Both the position numbers and the translations under genes were made by a program. A DNA stretch of 64,000 nucleotides from Squalus acanthias (lineage: Eukaryota): assembly GCA_030390025.1 (NCBI GenBank), contig JASTWF010000330.1, forward strand, positions 1-64,000. Direction: 5' to 3'. Of this stretch, positions 50,241 to 61,194 are shown in pieces. Numbering within the stretch: position 1 is the first letter of the stretch; each line of letters begins with the position of its first letter. A model generated the notes under the pieces. It did not search any database. It had not been told where the DNA came from and saw only the letters and a list, made by a program, of their open reading frames with translations.

Positions 50241-53200
50241 TGTCGTAAGAATGAGCCTTACACGTGGTGAACTTAAAGTAAGCTTTAATCAACTAAAAAG
50301 GTGCTACATACAAAAGAGGTCTTACTCTATGCCTCTCCAGGATCCAACTGATCAGCCCAGTATTTATCCTGGACTAATCACAGGAAGTGATGTAATAAAG
50401 TTCGAGTCACAGGAAGCTGTATTGTGTTACCACATTCTCCCTCCATTTCGTAGCCGCTGGACGAGGGAGAGCCGCACCCGTTTGGGTTCTCGTAGCGGTA
50501 GAGGGCCCCTAGCCCGTTTACCCGCCGCGGGCCGTGGACCAGAGTCCAAGTGATCCAGCCCGCTCTGTGAAGGGTCAGGACGATCCTGACTGTGTACTGG
50601 TGCCCGAACGGGTGTCGGGCAGGGCTGTGGCAGATCCGTTTCCGAGCGTATGGTACGGGGTGGATCGTGGCTGCGCGTGCGAGCCCCGACGGGCTCATAG
50701 TCAGTCTGCCCCAGGTTGGCACGCTGGAGTGAGGTACCAGCCGGCGTCAGATCCAGATCGTGATGAGAGGCACCTGGCGAGCCCAGAGATGTGCCTGGTA
50801 CAATATCATCCCCTGGTGTCCCTCTATGTTTCGGCGGGCAGGGAGCCAGATCCCGCAATGACACGGTAGATTCCCGACCGTCAGGATACCGAATATAGGC
50901 GTAGGTAGGGTTGACGTCAGTGAGCTCAACCTCATCTACCAGGGGGTCATTCTTAGACGCCCGAACATATCTTCGGAGTAGCACTGGTCCCGGTGCAGTC
51001 AGCCATGACGGGAGCGATATCCCATAGGATGAGCGACGCTGAAATCGGAAGAACCGTTCATGAGGCATCGTATTTGTGGCAGTCGAAAGGAGGGACCGTG
51101 TGGAGTGTAATGCGTCTGGAAGTACTGCTTGCCATTGCTGGTTGGGTAGGCCCCGAGATCTCAAAGCCAGACGTACCGCATTCCAGATGATAGCGTTAAA
51201 ACGCTCGACTTGCCCATTCCCGACCGGATGATAAGGCGTCGTTCTGCTGGCAGCAATACCCCATTCCGAGAGATAGGCCTTGAGTTCTCCTGACATAAAA
51301 GAAGGGCCCCGATCCGAATGAACATAGGATGCCATGCCACAGAAAGCAAATACCTGCTCAAGGCAGCTGATAACCGTGGTCGTCAGCATATTGGGGCAGG
51401 GAAAGGCAAATGGAAAACGGGAATACTCATCGACCATGGTCAATAGATAAGTGTTGCGAGTTGAAGAGGGCAACGGCCCCTTAAAATCGATGCTAAGCCG
51501 TTGCATTGGCTGGGTCGCATGTATGAGTATACCACCCGAGGGGCGGAAAAACTGAGGTTTCAATTCCGCACAGACTCTGCAGTCCGAGCACATCTTCTTT
51601 ACATCCCCGGTAGAGAATGGGAGATTTCGGGACCGCACAAAGTGCAGCATGCGAGTAACGCCCGGATGACACAACCCATCATGGATGTCTACGAGCGTAG
51701 AGGGTGCCATGGCGGAGCAGAATGCTCGTGTGAGGGTATCCGGAGCCACATTCTCCTTGCCAGGTCGATAGTGGATGGTGTAACCAAAAGAGGCCAATTC
51801 CAGCCGCCAAAGCTGGATTTTATTATTTTTAATTTTGGTCCGTTTTCGATTATCGAGCATGAAGGCGACCGATCGCTGGTCCGTGATTAAGGTAAAGTGC
51901 TGGCGAGCTAGGAGATGAGTCCACTTCCGTACTGCCTCTATGATGGCTGTAGCTTCTTTCTCGACTGGAGGATAATGTAGCTCAGCCCCTTGAAAAGTCC
52001 TGGACAAAAATGCCACCGGACGACCTTCCTGATTCAGAGTGGCCGAGATCGCCACCTCCGAGGCATCACACTCAACAACAAAAGGAAGACACTCATCGAT
52101 GGAGTGAAGAGCCGCTTTCTCCAACTGTTTTTTCAGGAGGTTAAAGGCTGCAACAGCCGCTGTGTCTAGTGGGAATGTGCTGGCCTTCAGTAGAGGTTGG
52201 ATTCAGTCCGAGAAGTTAGGAATCCATTTAGCATAGTATGCAAACAGGCCGAGGGCCCGGCGCAAGGAGGCCGGATTCTTAAGTGGCGGGAGTTCTTGGA
52301 GTGGGCGAAGCCTTTCAGGGTCAGGTTTAATGATGCCATTGCCCACACATTAGCCAAGGATGTTGACGGTTGGTTGTGACTCAATGGATTTAGCCGCATT
52401 TAATGTCAAATTACGGTGCTGGAGTGCATCCCAAAATCGTTGGAGATTGGCGTCATGTTCCCGCTGATTGCGACCTGCGACAGTAATATTGTCCAGATAA
52501 GGAAACGTATCCTTTAAGTCTTCCTGTTTGACCAGGTCATCCATTGCTCGCTGGAAGACAGCCACTCCATTAGTGACCCCAAAGGGGAGGCGACGAAATT
52601 GATACAGCCGTCCATTGGCTTCAAAGGCCGTATACTGCTTGTCTGAGACCTTCAAGGGTACCTGATGATAGGCACTTTTCAGATCATATGTTGAGAACAC
52701 CGTGTACTCAGCCAGTTTATTAACCATATCATCGATGCGCGGCAATGGGTATGCGTCCAAGTCCGTATATTGATTGATGGTCTGTGAATAGTCAATGCAC
52801 AGCCGTTTCTTGTGAGGTTGTAGAGGGTTCTTAACAATAACGACCTGGGCGCGCCATGGCGACGAACAAGGCTCGATGATATCCTCTGCTAAAAGCCGAG
52901 AAATCTCAGCCGCAATAAAAGACTGGTCTTCCTGACTGAAACGTCGTGACTTTGTTATAATCGGTTTGCATCGAGGAGGGATACTGGTAAACAGTGAGGG
53001 TTCATCCAGTGAAGCTGCTGACAATGCACAGAACGGTAATCGAGGTCGTATATTAGAAATAGTGAGTTCAGGTTTGGATCCGCCGAACTCAATGGTGAGC
53101 TTCTTATGCTGCTTTTGAAAATCTAGCCCTAAGATAAGATCACTACATAAGTCCTTGAGCACCGAAAGCCGGGTGGAGGGATACCTGTGACCATTAAGTG

Positions 53201-54649
53201 TTATTTCAACCATACAAAAGCCAGAAATTCTGGTATTAAGTGATGACTGAGCCATCGCAATTGACTGGTCCGATGGGAAAACATGTAGCTTTAACTCTGC
53301 AACAATCTGTTCCCTAATGAAACTATCAGTGCTACCTGAGTCAATTAAGGCATCTAAAGTATGTCCATTAATTGATGCTTTTGTAGCTGCATGGAATAGG
53401 TTCTGAGGACAAGCAGCTGTAATTGGTGTCGTTGCACAAAGAGTGGCTGAAACTCTAGGTGTGTTTCTTCGAGAGAAAACCCGAGAGGAAGCACGATAGA
53501 TTTTAGCCGGAACATCTTGATAGGCCCTTACCGGGGCAGTTCGGTAGGACTTAGCTTGATAAGCCCTCGTAGAGGCTCTTGATAGGCAAACCTTTGCAAA
53601 ATGACCCTTTTTGTTGCAATGACTGCAAAACGCATTGCGAGCAGAGCAGAATTTCCGAGGGTGAAACTCATCACCACAAAAGAAGCATTTCTTAGATTGC
53701 CAAGAGGCTGCCACAGTGGGGTCATCATCCTCTTCATCAGTGAAGTCATCAGATTGATCGTCAGGGATAAAGTCCTCCCCAATAGAGTTCACCTGTGGCC
53801 TCTTAAATTGCCTGACTGTAGTTAAGGCAGCAGACCGAGGTCTGGGCACTGTATAAAGGTCTGTATTTCTTTTTGCCAGATCTAGAGAGCAAGCCATGTC
53901 ATAAGCTCTCTGAAGCTCAAGTGTCTTACTTTCCAGTAGACGCTGGCGTATAAATGGGGAGGCAAGCCCGCAGATGAAAGCATCACGGATCATTTCTTCA
54001 CGGTACAGCTCAGCTGAGGCCGCCTGAAAGTTACAGTCCATACTAAGTCTGCGAAGCTCTTGGAGGAATTTATCAATGGATTCCTCCGGCCCTTGTTGGG
54101 CTGTAGCTAGTAGATGTCTGGCATAGACCTCATTCGGTGTCTTAGTATATAGTCTTTTAAGCATCCGAATTGCCTCCTCGTAACTGCCCCATTCCTCGAC
54201 ATACTGAAATACATTCGGGGTGACACAGTTGATGAGTATCCGCAACTTTGAGTCATCATCAGCCTTGCAATATTCGAGAAAATTGTCAAACGTGCGATAC
54301 CGGTGTTTCCACACCTTACCGGCTGCTGGGGTGTTTGGGTCCAAGTCAAGACGCGATGGTTTAAGGATGTTTTCCATGATGGGTGATTCCCTGGATCCTT
54401 AGTTCCGAGTTCGTCCAAAAAGTTTGAGTGCGAAGTTTTTCAAAGTTGATTAAATTGTCGTAAGAATGAGCCTTACGCGTGGTGAACTTAAAGTAAGCTT
54501 TAATCAACTAAAAAGGTGCTACATACAAAAGAGGTCTTACTCTATGCCTCTCCAGGATCCAACTGATCAGCCCAGTATTTATCCTGGACTAATCACAGGA
54601 AGTGATGTAATAAAGTTCGAGTCACAGGAAGCTGTATTGTGTTACCACA
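50241..54649 (-). mobile_element. Full-length young Ty3/Gypsy LTR retrotransposon (Mag-like), 4409 bp
   Basis: 194-bp LTRs at 50241-50434 and 54456-54649 (TG..CA, one mismatch seen), 5-bp TSD CCAGG, PPT ggagggagaa. Confidence 0.97.
50427..54377 (-). pseudogene. Single gag-pol frame (about 1316 aa) with two nonsense codons (52350-52352 TAA, 52203-52205 TGA)
   Basis: Two CCHC knuckles, protease LIDSGS, RT (YDLKSAYHQ, LPFG, YLDN), RNase H (CDAS, EKEA, TDQ), integrase HHCC + DDE; both track ORFs share one frame. Confidence 0.93.
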
Positions 54650-54734
54650 CCAGGTGTCTGCACATTTCACCAGTCTGACATTTCGGACAAAAACTCATGA
54701 TATTTCTCATTGATCATAGCGTGAAAAACCTTCT

Positions 54735-55225
54735 GCACTCAGTGTTCATCTGAGGACTGAGATACCCCATGATATCTCTCACTGACCATCGAGTGTACCC
54801 CACCATCTGCACTCAATGTTCACCTGGGGACTGAGATACCCCATGATATCTCTCACTGACCATCGAGTGTCCCTCACCATCTGCACTTAGTGTTCACCTG
54901 TGGACTGAGATAATCCATGATATCTCTCACTGCCCATCGAGTTTGTCATCATCTGCTCTCAGTGTTCACCTGGGGACTGAGATACCCCATGATATCTCTC
55001 ACTGACCATCGAGTGTACCTCACCATCTATACTCAATGTTCACCTAGGGACTGAGATACCCCATGATACCTCTCACTGCCCATCGAGTGTACCTCACCAT
55101 CTATACTCAGTGTTCACCTGGGGACTGAGATAACCCATGATATCTCTCACTGCCCATCGAGTGTACCCCACAACCTGAACTCAGTGTTCACCTGGGGACT
55201 GAGATACCTCGTGATATCTCTCACC
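54735..55225. repeat. 73/74-bp intronic minisatellite, array 1
   Basis: cagtgttcacctggggactgagataccccatgatatctctcactgaccatcgagtg.. units. Confidence 0.95.
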
Positions 55226-55354
55226 TGCTTTAGAGAAGGAGGAAAGTGTCCAACTTTAACTTGGGGAATTTTCTAGCGGGGCGGAGAGTGAACCTGAGTT
55301 TATTGCTACTTCCGGGGGGTAGAAGCCCACATTAACCACCTTTCTGTCATTCAG

Positions 55355-55499
55355 TCCCAGGCTCCGCACTCACTGACCCGTGTGTAAATCACACAGTCCT
55401 GGACCAGCCCTGGAGGAGCACGGATTGTCGTGGGACTCAATGCTACCGCCAGTGGAAGTGTGATAACAATCTTCACTATGGATGGTACAGATTTCAAAG
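55355..55499 (+). CDS. GP2/uromodulin-like D10C module 1, exon a
   Basis: ag/gt bounded, phase 1-2; PGSALTDPCVNHTVLDQPWRSTDCRGTQCYRQWKCDNNLHYGWYRFQ. Confidence 0.92.
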
Positions 55500-55935
55500 G
55501 TAACGTATAGGGAAAATGAGAGATAAACTAGTCGATAAGCGAGGAATAAATGTACAAAAGAGACCGAAGTGTGAGTGCAAGAATGGAAACTGCTGGGAGT
55601 CCGGTATTATCAGTCAGAGGAATGTGGCAGGGAGGGGATACAGGGAAAGGGGAACAATCGGACTCTAAAGAGAGAAACACAGAGACTAATGGAGAAAACA
55701 CTGGATAGGGGGGAATATAGAACGGGAACAGAGAGTAAAGGGAGATACCCGGGATAGAGGGAATATAGAACGGGGATAGAGAGTAAAGGGAGATACCCGG
55801 GATAGAGGGAATATAGAATGTGGACAAGGAGTAAACGACGGGCCCCAGTTTCTGTTACTCTCTGCCGGTCCCAGTCTTTCTATCAGTTAATAAGGTCCAT
55901 CAGTTCAGGGGCTGACTCTGTGATTGTTGTTTCAG

Positions 55936-56012
55936 TTCTGGTGGATGGAAGATTCCGGAGACTGAAGTCCCATTGGATCACTGCTCCACAAACTCTCCAG
56001 GCTGGTTAAAGG
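55936..56012 (+). CDS. D10C module 1, exon b
   Basis: Phase 2-1; SGGWKIPETEVPLDHCSTNSPGWLK. Confidence 0.9.
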
Positions 56013-56105
56013 GTACTTTCAGACTTGCTAATATCAGATTTACATTCACGGTCCCGCACTGTTCACATCGGTTACATTCGTCAATATTTACAATCCTCAT
56101 TTCAG

Positions 56106-56270
56106 ATGGTCATCCCACCGTGGGAGAGGCAGAAGTAACGAGGACAGTTTGTTTTCCCTGGGGTAGAAATTCCTGCAACAGGACCCTGGAGATAAAGGTC
56201 AAAAACTGCTCCAGTTACTTTGTTTATGAGTTGAAGCCGGCACCCCTCTGTAATGGTGCTTATTGCACAG
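56106..56270 (+). CDS. D10C module 1, exon c
   Basis: Phase 1-1; GHPTVGEAEVTRTVCFPWGRNSCNRTLEIKVKNCSSYFVYELKPAPLCNGAYCT. Confidence 0.92.
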
Positions 56271-56399
56271 GTATGTTGCTGTTTATAACTGACCCAGAGG
56301 GGTGACTCTGGGATGTCCCATTTCATCAACAGAAATAACACAGTTACAATGGGGACACAAGGAATAAAGGAACTGAAGCACATCGTTTATTTGTTATTG

Positions 56400-57805
56400 T
56401 GTTTTAGGGGATTGGGATGCAGCGACTGAGGGGCGTAGCTTGTTGTGTTTTAGGGGATTGGGATGCAGTGACTGAGGGGCGAGGTTATTGTGTTTTAGGG
56501 GATTGGGATGCAGTGACTGAGGGGCGTGGTTATTGTATTTTAGGGGATTGGGATGCATCGACTGAGGGTCGTGGTTATTGTGTTTTAGGGGATTGGGATG
56601 CAGCGTCTGAGGGGCGTGGTTATTGTGTTTTACTGACTATCGAGTGTCCCTCACCATCTGCACTCAGTGTTCCCCTGGGGACTGAGATACCCCATGATAT
56701 CTCTCACTGCCCATCGTTTGACCCTCACCATCTGCACTCAGTGTTCACCTGGGGACTGAGATACCCCATGATATCTCTCACTGCCCATCGAGTGTCCCCA
56801 CCCTCTGTACTCAGTGTTCACCTGGGGACTGAGATAACCCATGATATCTCTCACTGACCATCGAGTTTGCCATCATCTGCTCTCAGTGTTCACTTGGGGA
56901 CTGAGATACCCCATGATATCTCTCACTGATCTTCGAGTGTCCCCACCCTCTGTACTCAGTGTTCACCTGGGGACTGAGATAACCCATGATATCTCTCACT
57001 GCCGATCGAGTGTCCCCACCCTCTGTACTCAGTGTTCACCTGGGGACTGAGATACCCCATGATACCTCTCACTGACCATCGAGTGTCCCCACCCTCTGCA
57101 CTCAGTGTTCACCTGGGGACTGAGATAACCCATGATATCTCTCACTGACCATCGAGTTTGCCATATTCTGCTCTCAGTGTTCACTTGGGGACTGAGATAC
57201 CCCATGATATCTCTCACTGATCTTCGAGTGTACCCCACCATCTGCACTCAATGTTCACCTGGGGACTGAGATACCCCATGATATCTCTCACTGACCATCG
57301 AGTGACCCTCACCTTCTGCACTCAGTGTTCACCTGGGGATTGAGATAACCCATGATATCTCTCACTGACCATCGAGTGTCCCTCACCATCTGCACTTAGT
57401 GTTCACCTGTGGACTGAGATAATCCATGATATCTCTCACTGCCCATCGAGTTTGTCATCATCTGCTCTCAGTGTTCACCTGGGGACTGAGATACCCCATG
57501 ATATCTCTCACTGCCCATCGAGTGTCCCCACCATCTGTACTCAGTGTTCACCTGGGGACTGAGATACCCCATGATATCTCTCACTGACCATCGAGTGTAC
57601 CTCACCATCTATACTCAATGTTCACCTGGGGACTGAGATACCCCATGATACCTCTCACTGCCCATCGAGTGTACCTCACCATCTATACTCAGTGTTCACC
57701 TGGGGACTGAGATAACCCATGATATCTCTCACTGCCCATCGAGTGTACCCCACAACCTGAACTCAGTGTTCACCTGGGGACTGAGATACCCCAGAATATC
57801 TTTCA
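56400..57805. repeat. 45-bp repeat (5 copies) followed by 73/74-bp minisatellite array 2
   Basis: Directly visible periods. Confidence 0.95.
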
Positions 57806-57936
57806 CCTGCTTTAGAGAAGGAGGAAAGTGTCCAACTTTAACTTGGGGAATTTTCTAGCGGGGCGGAGAGTGAACCTGAGTTTATTGGTACTTCCGGGGG
57901 GTAGAAGCCAACACTAACCACCTTTCTGTCACTCAG

Positions 57937-58081
57937 TCCCAGGCTCCGCACTCACTGACCCGTGTGTAAATCACACAGTCCTGGACCAGCCCTGGAGGAG
58001 CACGGATTGTCGTGGGACTCAATGCTACCGCCAGTGGAAGTGTGATAACAATCTTCACTATGGATGGTACAGATTTCAAAG
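57937..58081 (+). CDS. D10C module 2, exon a
   Basis: Identical to 55355-55499. Confidence 0.92.
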
Positions 58082-58284
58082 GTAACGTATAGGGAAAATT
58101 AGAGATAAACTAGTCGATAAGCGAGGAATAAATGTACAAAAGAGACCGAAGTGTGAGTGCAAGAATGGAAACTGCTGGGAGTCCGGTATTATCAGTCAGA
58201 GGAATGTGGCAGGGAGGGGATACAGGGAAAGGGGAACAATCGGACTCTAAAGAGAGAAACACAGAGACTAATGGAGAAAACACT

Positions 58285-58760
58285 GGATAGAGGGGGAATA
58301 TAGAACGGGAACAGAGAGTAAAGGGAGATACACGGGATAGGGGGTAATATAGAATGGAAAGAGAGAGTAAGGGGAGATACCCGGGATAGAGGGGAATACA
58401 GAACCGGGACAGGGATGAAAGGGGCATACCCGGGATAGAGGGAAATATAGAACGTGGACAGAGTGTAAAGGGAGATACCCGGGATAGAGGGGAATATAGA
58501 ACGGGGACAGAGAGTAAAGGGAGTTAACCGGGATAGAGGGGAAAATAAAACGGGGACAGAGAGTAAAGGGAGATACCCGGGATAGAGGGGAATATAGAAT
58601 GGGGACAGAGAGTAAAGGGAGTTACCCAGGATAGAGGGAAATATAAAACGGGGACAGAGAGTAAAGGGAGAGACCCGGGATAGAGGGAATATAGAATGGG
58701 GACAGAGAGTAAAGGGAGATACCCGGGATAGAGGGAATATAGAATGTGGTCAGGGAGTAA
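58285..58760. repeat. 48/49-bp purine-rich intronic repeat, about 10 copies
   Basis: gggatagaggggaatatagaacggggacagagagtaaagggagataccc. Confidence 0.95.
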
Positions 58761-58861
58761 AGGATGGGCCCCAGTTTCCAGCACTCTCTGCCGGTCCCAG
58801 TCTTTCTATCAGTTAATAAGGTCCATCAGTTCAGGGGCTGACTCTGTGATTGTTGTTTCAG

Positions 58862-58938
58862 TTCTGGTGGATGGAAGATTCCGGAGACTGAAGTCCCATT
58901 GGATCACTGCTCCACAAACTCTCCAGGCTGGTTAAAGG
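58862..58938 (+). CDS. D10C module 2, exon b
   Basis: Identical to 55936-56012. Confidence 0.9.
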
Positions 58939-59031
58939 GTACTTTCAGACTTGCTAATATCAGATTTACATTCACGGTCCCGCACTGTTCACATCGGTTA
59001 CATTCGTCAATATTTACAATCCTCATTTCAG

Positions 59032-59196
59032 ATGGTCATCCCACCGTGGGAGAGGCAGAAGTAACGAGGACAGTTTGTTTTCCCTGGGGTAGAAATTCCT
59101 GCAACAGGACCCTGGAGATAAAGGTCAAAAACTGCTCCAGTTACTTTGTTTATGAGTTGAAGCCGGCACCCCTCTGTAATGGTGCTTATTGCACAG
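59032..59196 (+). CDS. D10C module 2, exon c
   Basis: Identical to 56106-56270. Confidence 0.92.
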
Positions 59197-59324
59197 GTAT
59201 GTTGCTGTTTATAACTGACCCAGAGGGGTGACTATGGGATGTCCCATTTCATCAACAGAAATAACAAAGTTACAATGGGGACACAAGGAATAAAAGAACT
59301 GAAGCACATCGTTTATTTGTTATT

Positions 59325-60720
59325 GTGTTTTAGGGGATTGGGATGCAGCGACTGAGGGGCGTGGTTATTGTGTTTTAGGGGATTGGGATGCAGCGACTGA
59401 GGGGCGTGGTTATTGTGTTTTAGGGGATTGGGATGCATCGACTGAGGGTCGTGGTTATTGTGTTTTACTGACTATCGAGTGTCCCTCACCATCTGCACTC
59501 AGTGTTCCCCTGGGGACTGAGATACCCCATGATATCTCCCACTGACCATCGAGTGTCCCTCACCATCTGTACTCAATGTTCACCTGGGGACTGAAATACC
59601 CCATGATATCTCTCACTGCCCATCGAGTTTGCCATATTCTGCTCTCAGTGTTCACTTGGGGACTGAGATACCGCATGATATCTCTCACTGACCATTGAGT
59701 GTCCCTCACCATCTGCAATCAGTGTTCACTTGGGGACTGAGATACCCCATGATATCTCTCACTGCCCATCGAGTGTCCCTCATCATCTGCACTCAGTGTT
59801 CACCTGGGGACTGAGATACCCCATGATATCTCTCACTGCCCATCGAGTGTCCCTCACCATCTGCACTCAGTGTTCACCTGGGGACTGAGATACCCCATGA
59901 TATCTCTCACTGACCATCGAGTGTCCCCCACCATCTGTACTCAGTGTTCACCTGGGGACTGAGATACCCCATGATATCTCTCACTGACCATCGAGTTTGC
60001 CATCATCTGCTCTCAGTGTTCACTTGGGGACTGAGATACCCCATGATATCTCTCACTGACCATCGAGTGTACCTCACCATCTATACTCAATGTTCACCTG
60101 GGGACCGAGATACCCCATGATATCTCTCACTGACCATCGAGTTTGCCATATTCTGCTCTCAGTGTTCACTTGGGGACTGAGATACCGCATGATATCTCTC
60201 ACTGACCATTGAGTGTCCCTCACCATCTGCAATCAGTGTTCACTTGGGGACTGAGATACACCGTGATATCTCTCACTGCCCATCGAGTGTCCCTCACCAT
60301 CTGCACTCAGTGTTCACCTGGGGACTGAGATACCCCATGATATCTCTCACTGACCATCGAGTGTCCCTCACCAGCTGTACTCAGTGTTCACCTGGGGACT
60401 GAGATACCCCATGATATCTCTCACTGACCATCGAGTGACCTTCACCATCTGTACTCAGTGTTCACCTGGGGACTGAGATACTCCATGATATCTCTCACTG
60501 ACCATCGAGTGTCCCCACCATCTATACTCAGTGTTCACCTGGGGACTGAGATAGCCCATGATATCTCTCACTGCCCATCGAGTTTGTCATCATCTGCTCT
60601 CAGTGTTCACCTGGGGACTGAGATACCCCATGATATCTCTCACTGATCTTCGAGTGTCCCCCACAATCTGAACTCAGTGTTCACCTGGGGACTGAGATAC
60701 CTCGTGATATCTCTCACCTG
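59325..60720. repeat. 45-bp repeat (3 copies) followed by 73/74-bp minisatellite array 3
   Basis: Directly visible periods. Confidence 0.95.
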
Positions 60721-60846
60721 GTTTAGAGAAGGAGGAATGTGTCCAAATTTAACTTGGGGAATTTTCTAGCAGGGTGGAGAGTGAACCTGAGTTTATTGGT
60801 ACTTCGGGGGGTAGAAGCCCACATTAACCACCTTTCTGTTACTCAG

Positions 60847-60991
60847 TCCCAGGCTCCGCACTCACTGACCCGTGTGTAAATCACACAGTCCTGGACCAGT
60901 CCTGGAGGAGCACGGATTGTAGTGGGACTGAATGCTCTGGCGAGCTGAAGTGTGATAACAATCTTGACTACGGATGGTACAGATTTCAAAG
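60847..60991 (+). CDS. D10C module 3, exon a
   Basis: PGSALTDPCVNHTVLDQSWRSTDCSGTECSGELKCDNNLDYGWYRFQ; splice sites intact. Confidence 0.92.
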
Positions 60992-61194
60992 GTAACTTCA
61001 AGGGATAATTAGAGATAAACTAGTTGATAAGCGTGGAGTAAATGTACAAAAGATACCCAAGTGTGAGTGCAAGAATGGAAACTGCTGGGAGACCGGGATT
61101 ATCAGCCAGAACAATGAGGCAGGGAGTGGATACAGGGAAAGGGGAACAATCGGACCCTACAGAGAGAAACACAGAGAATAAAAGTGGGAAACAT

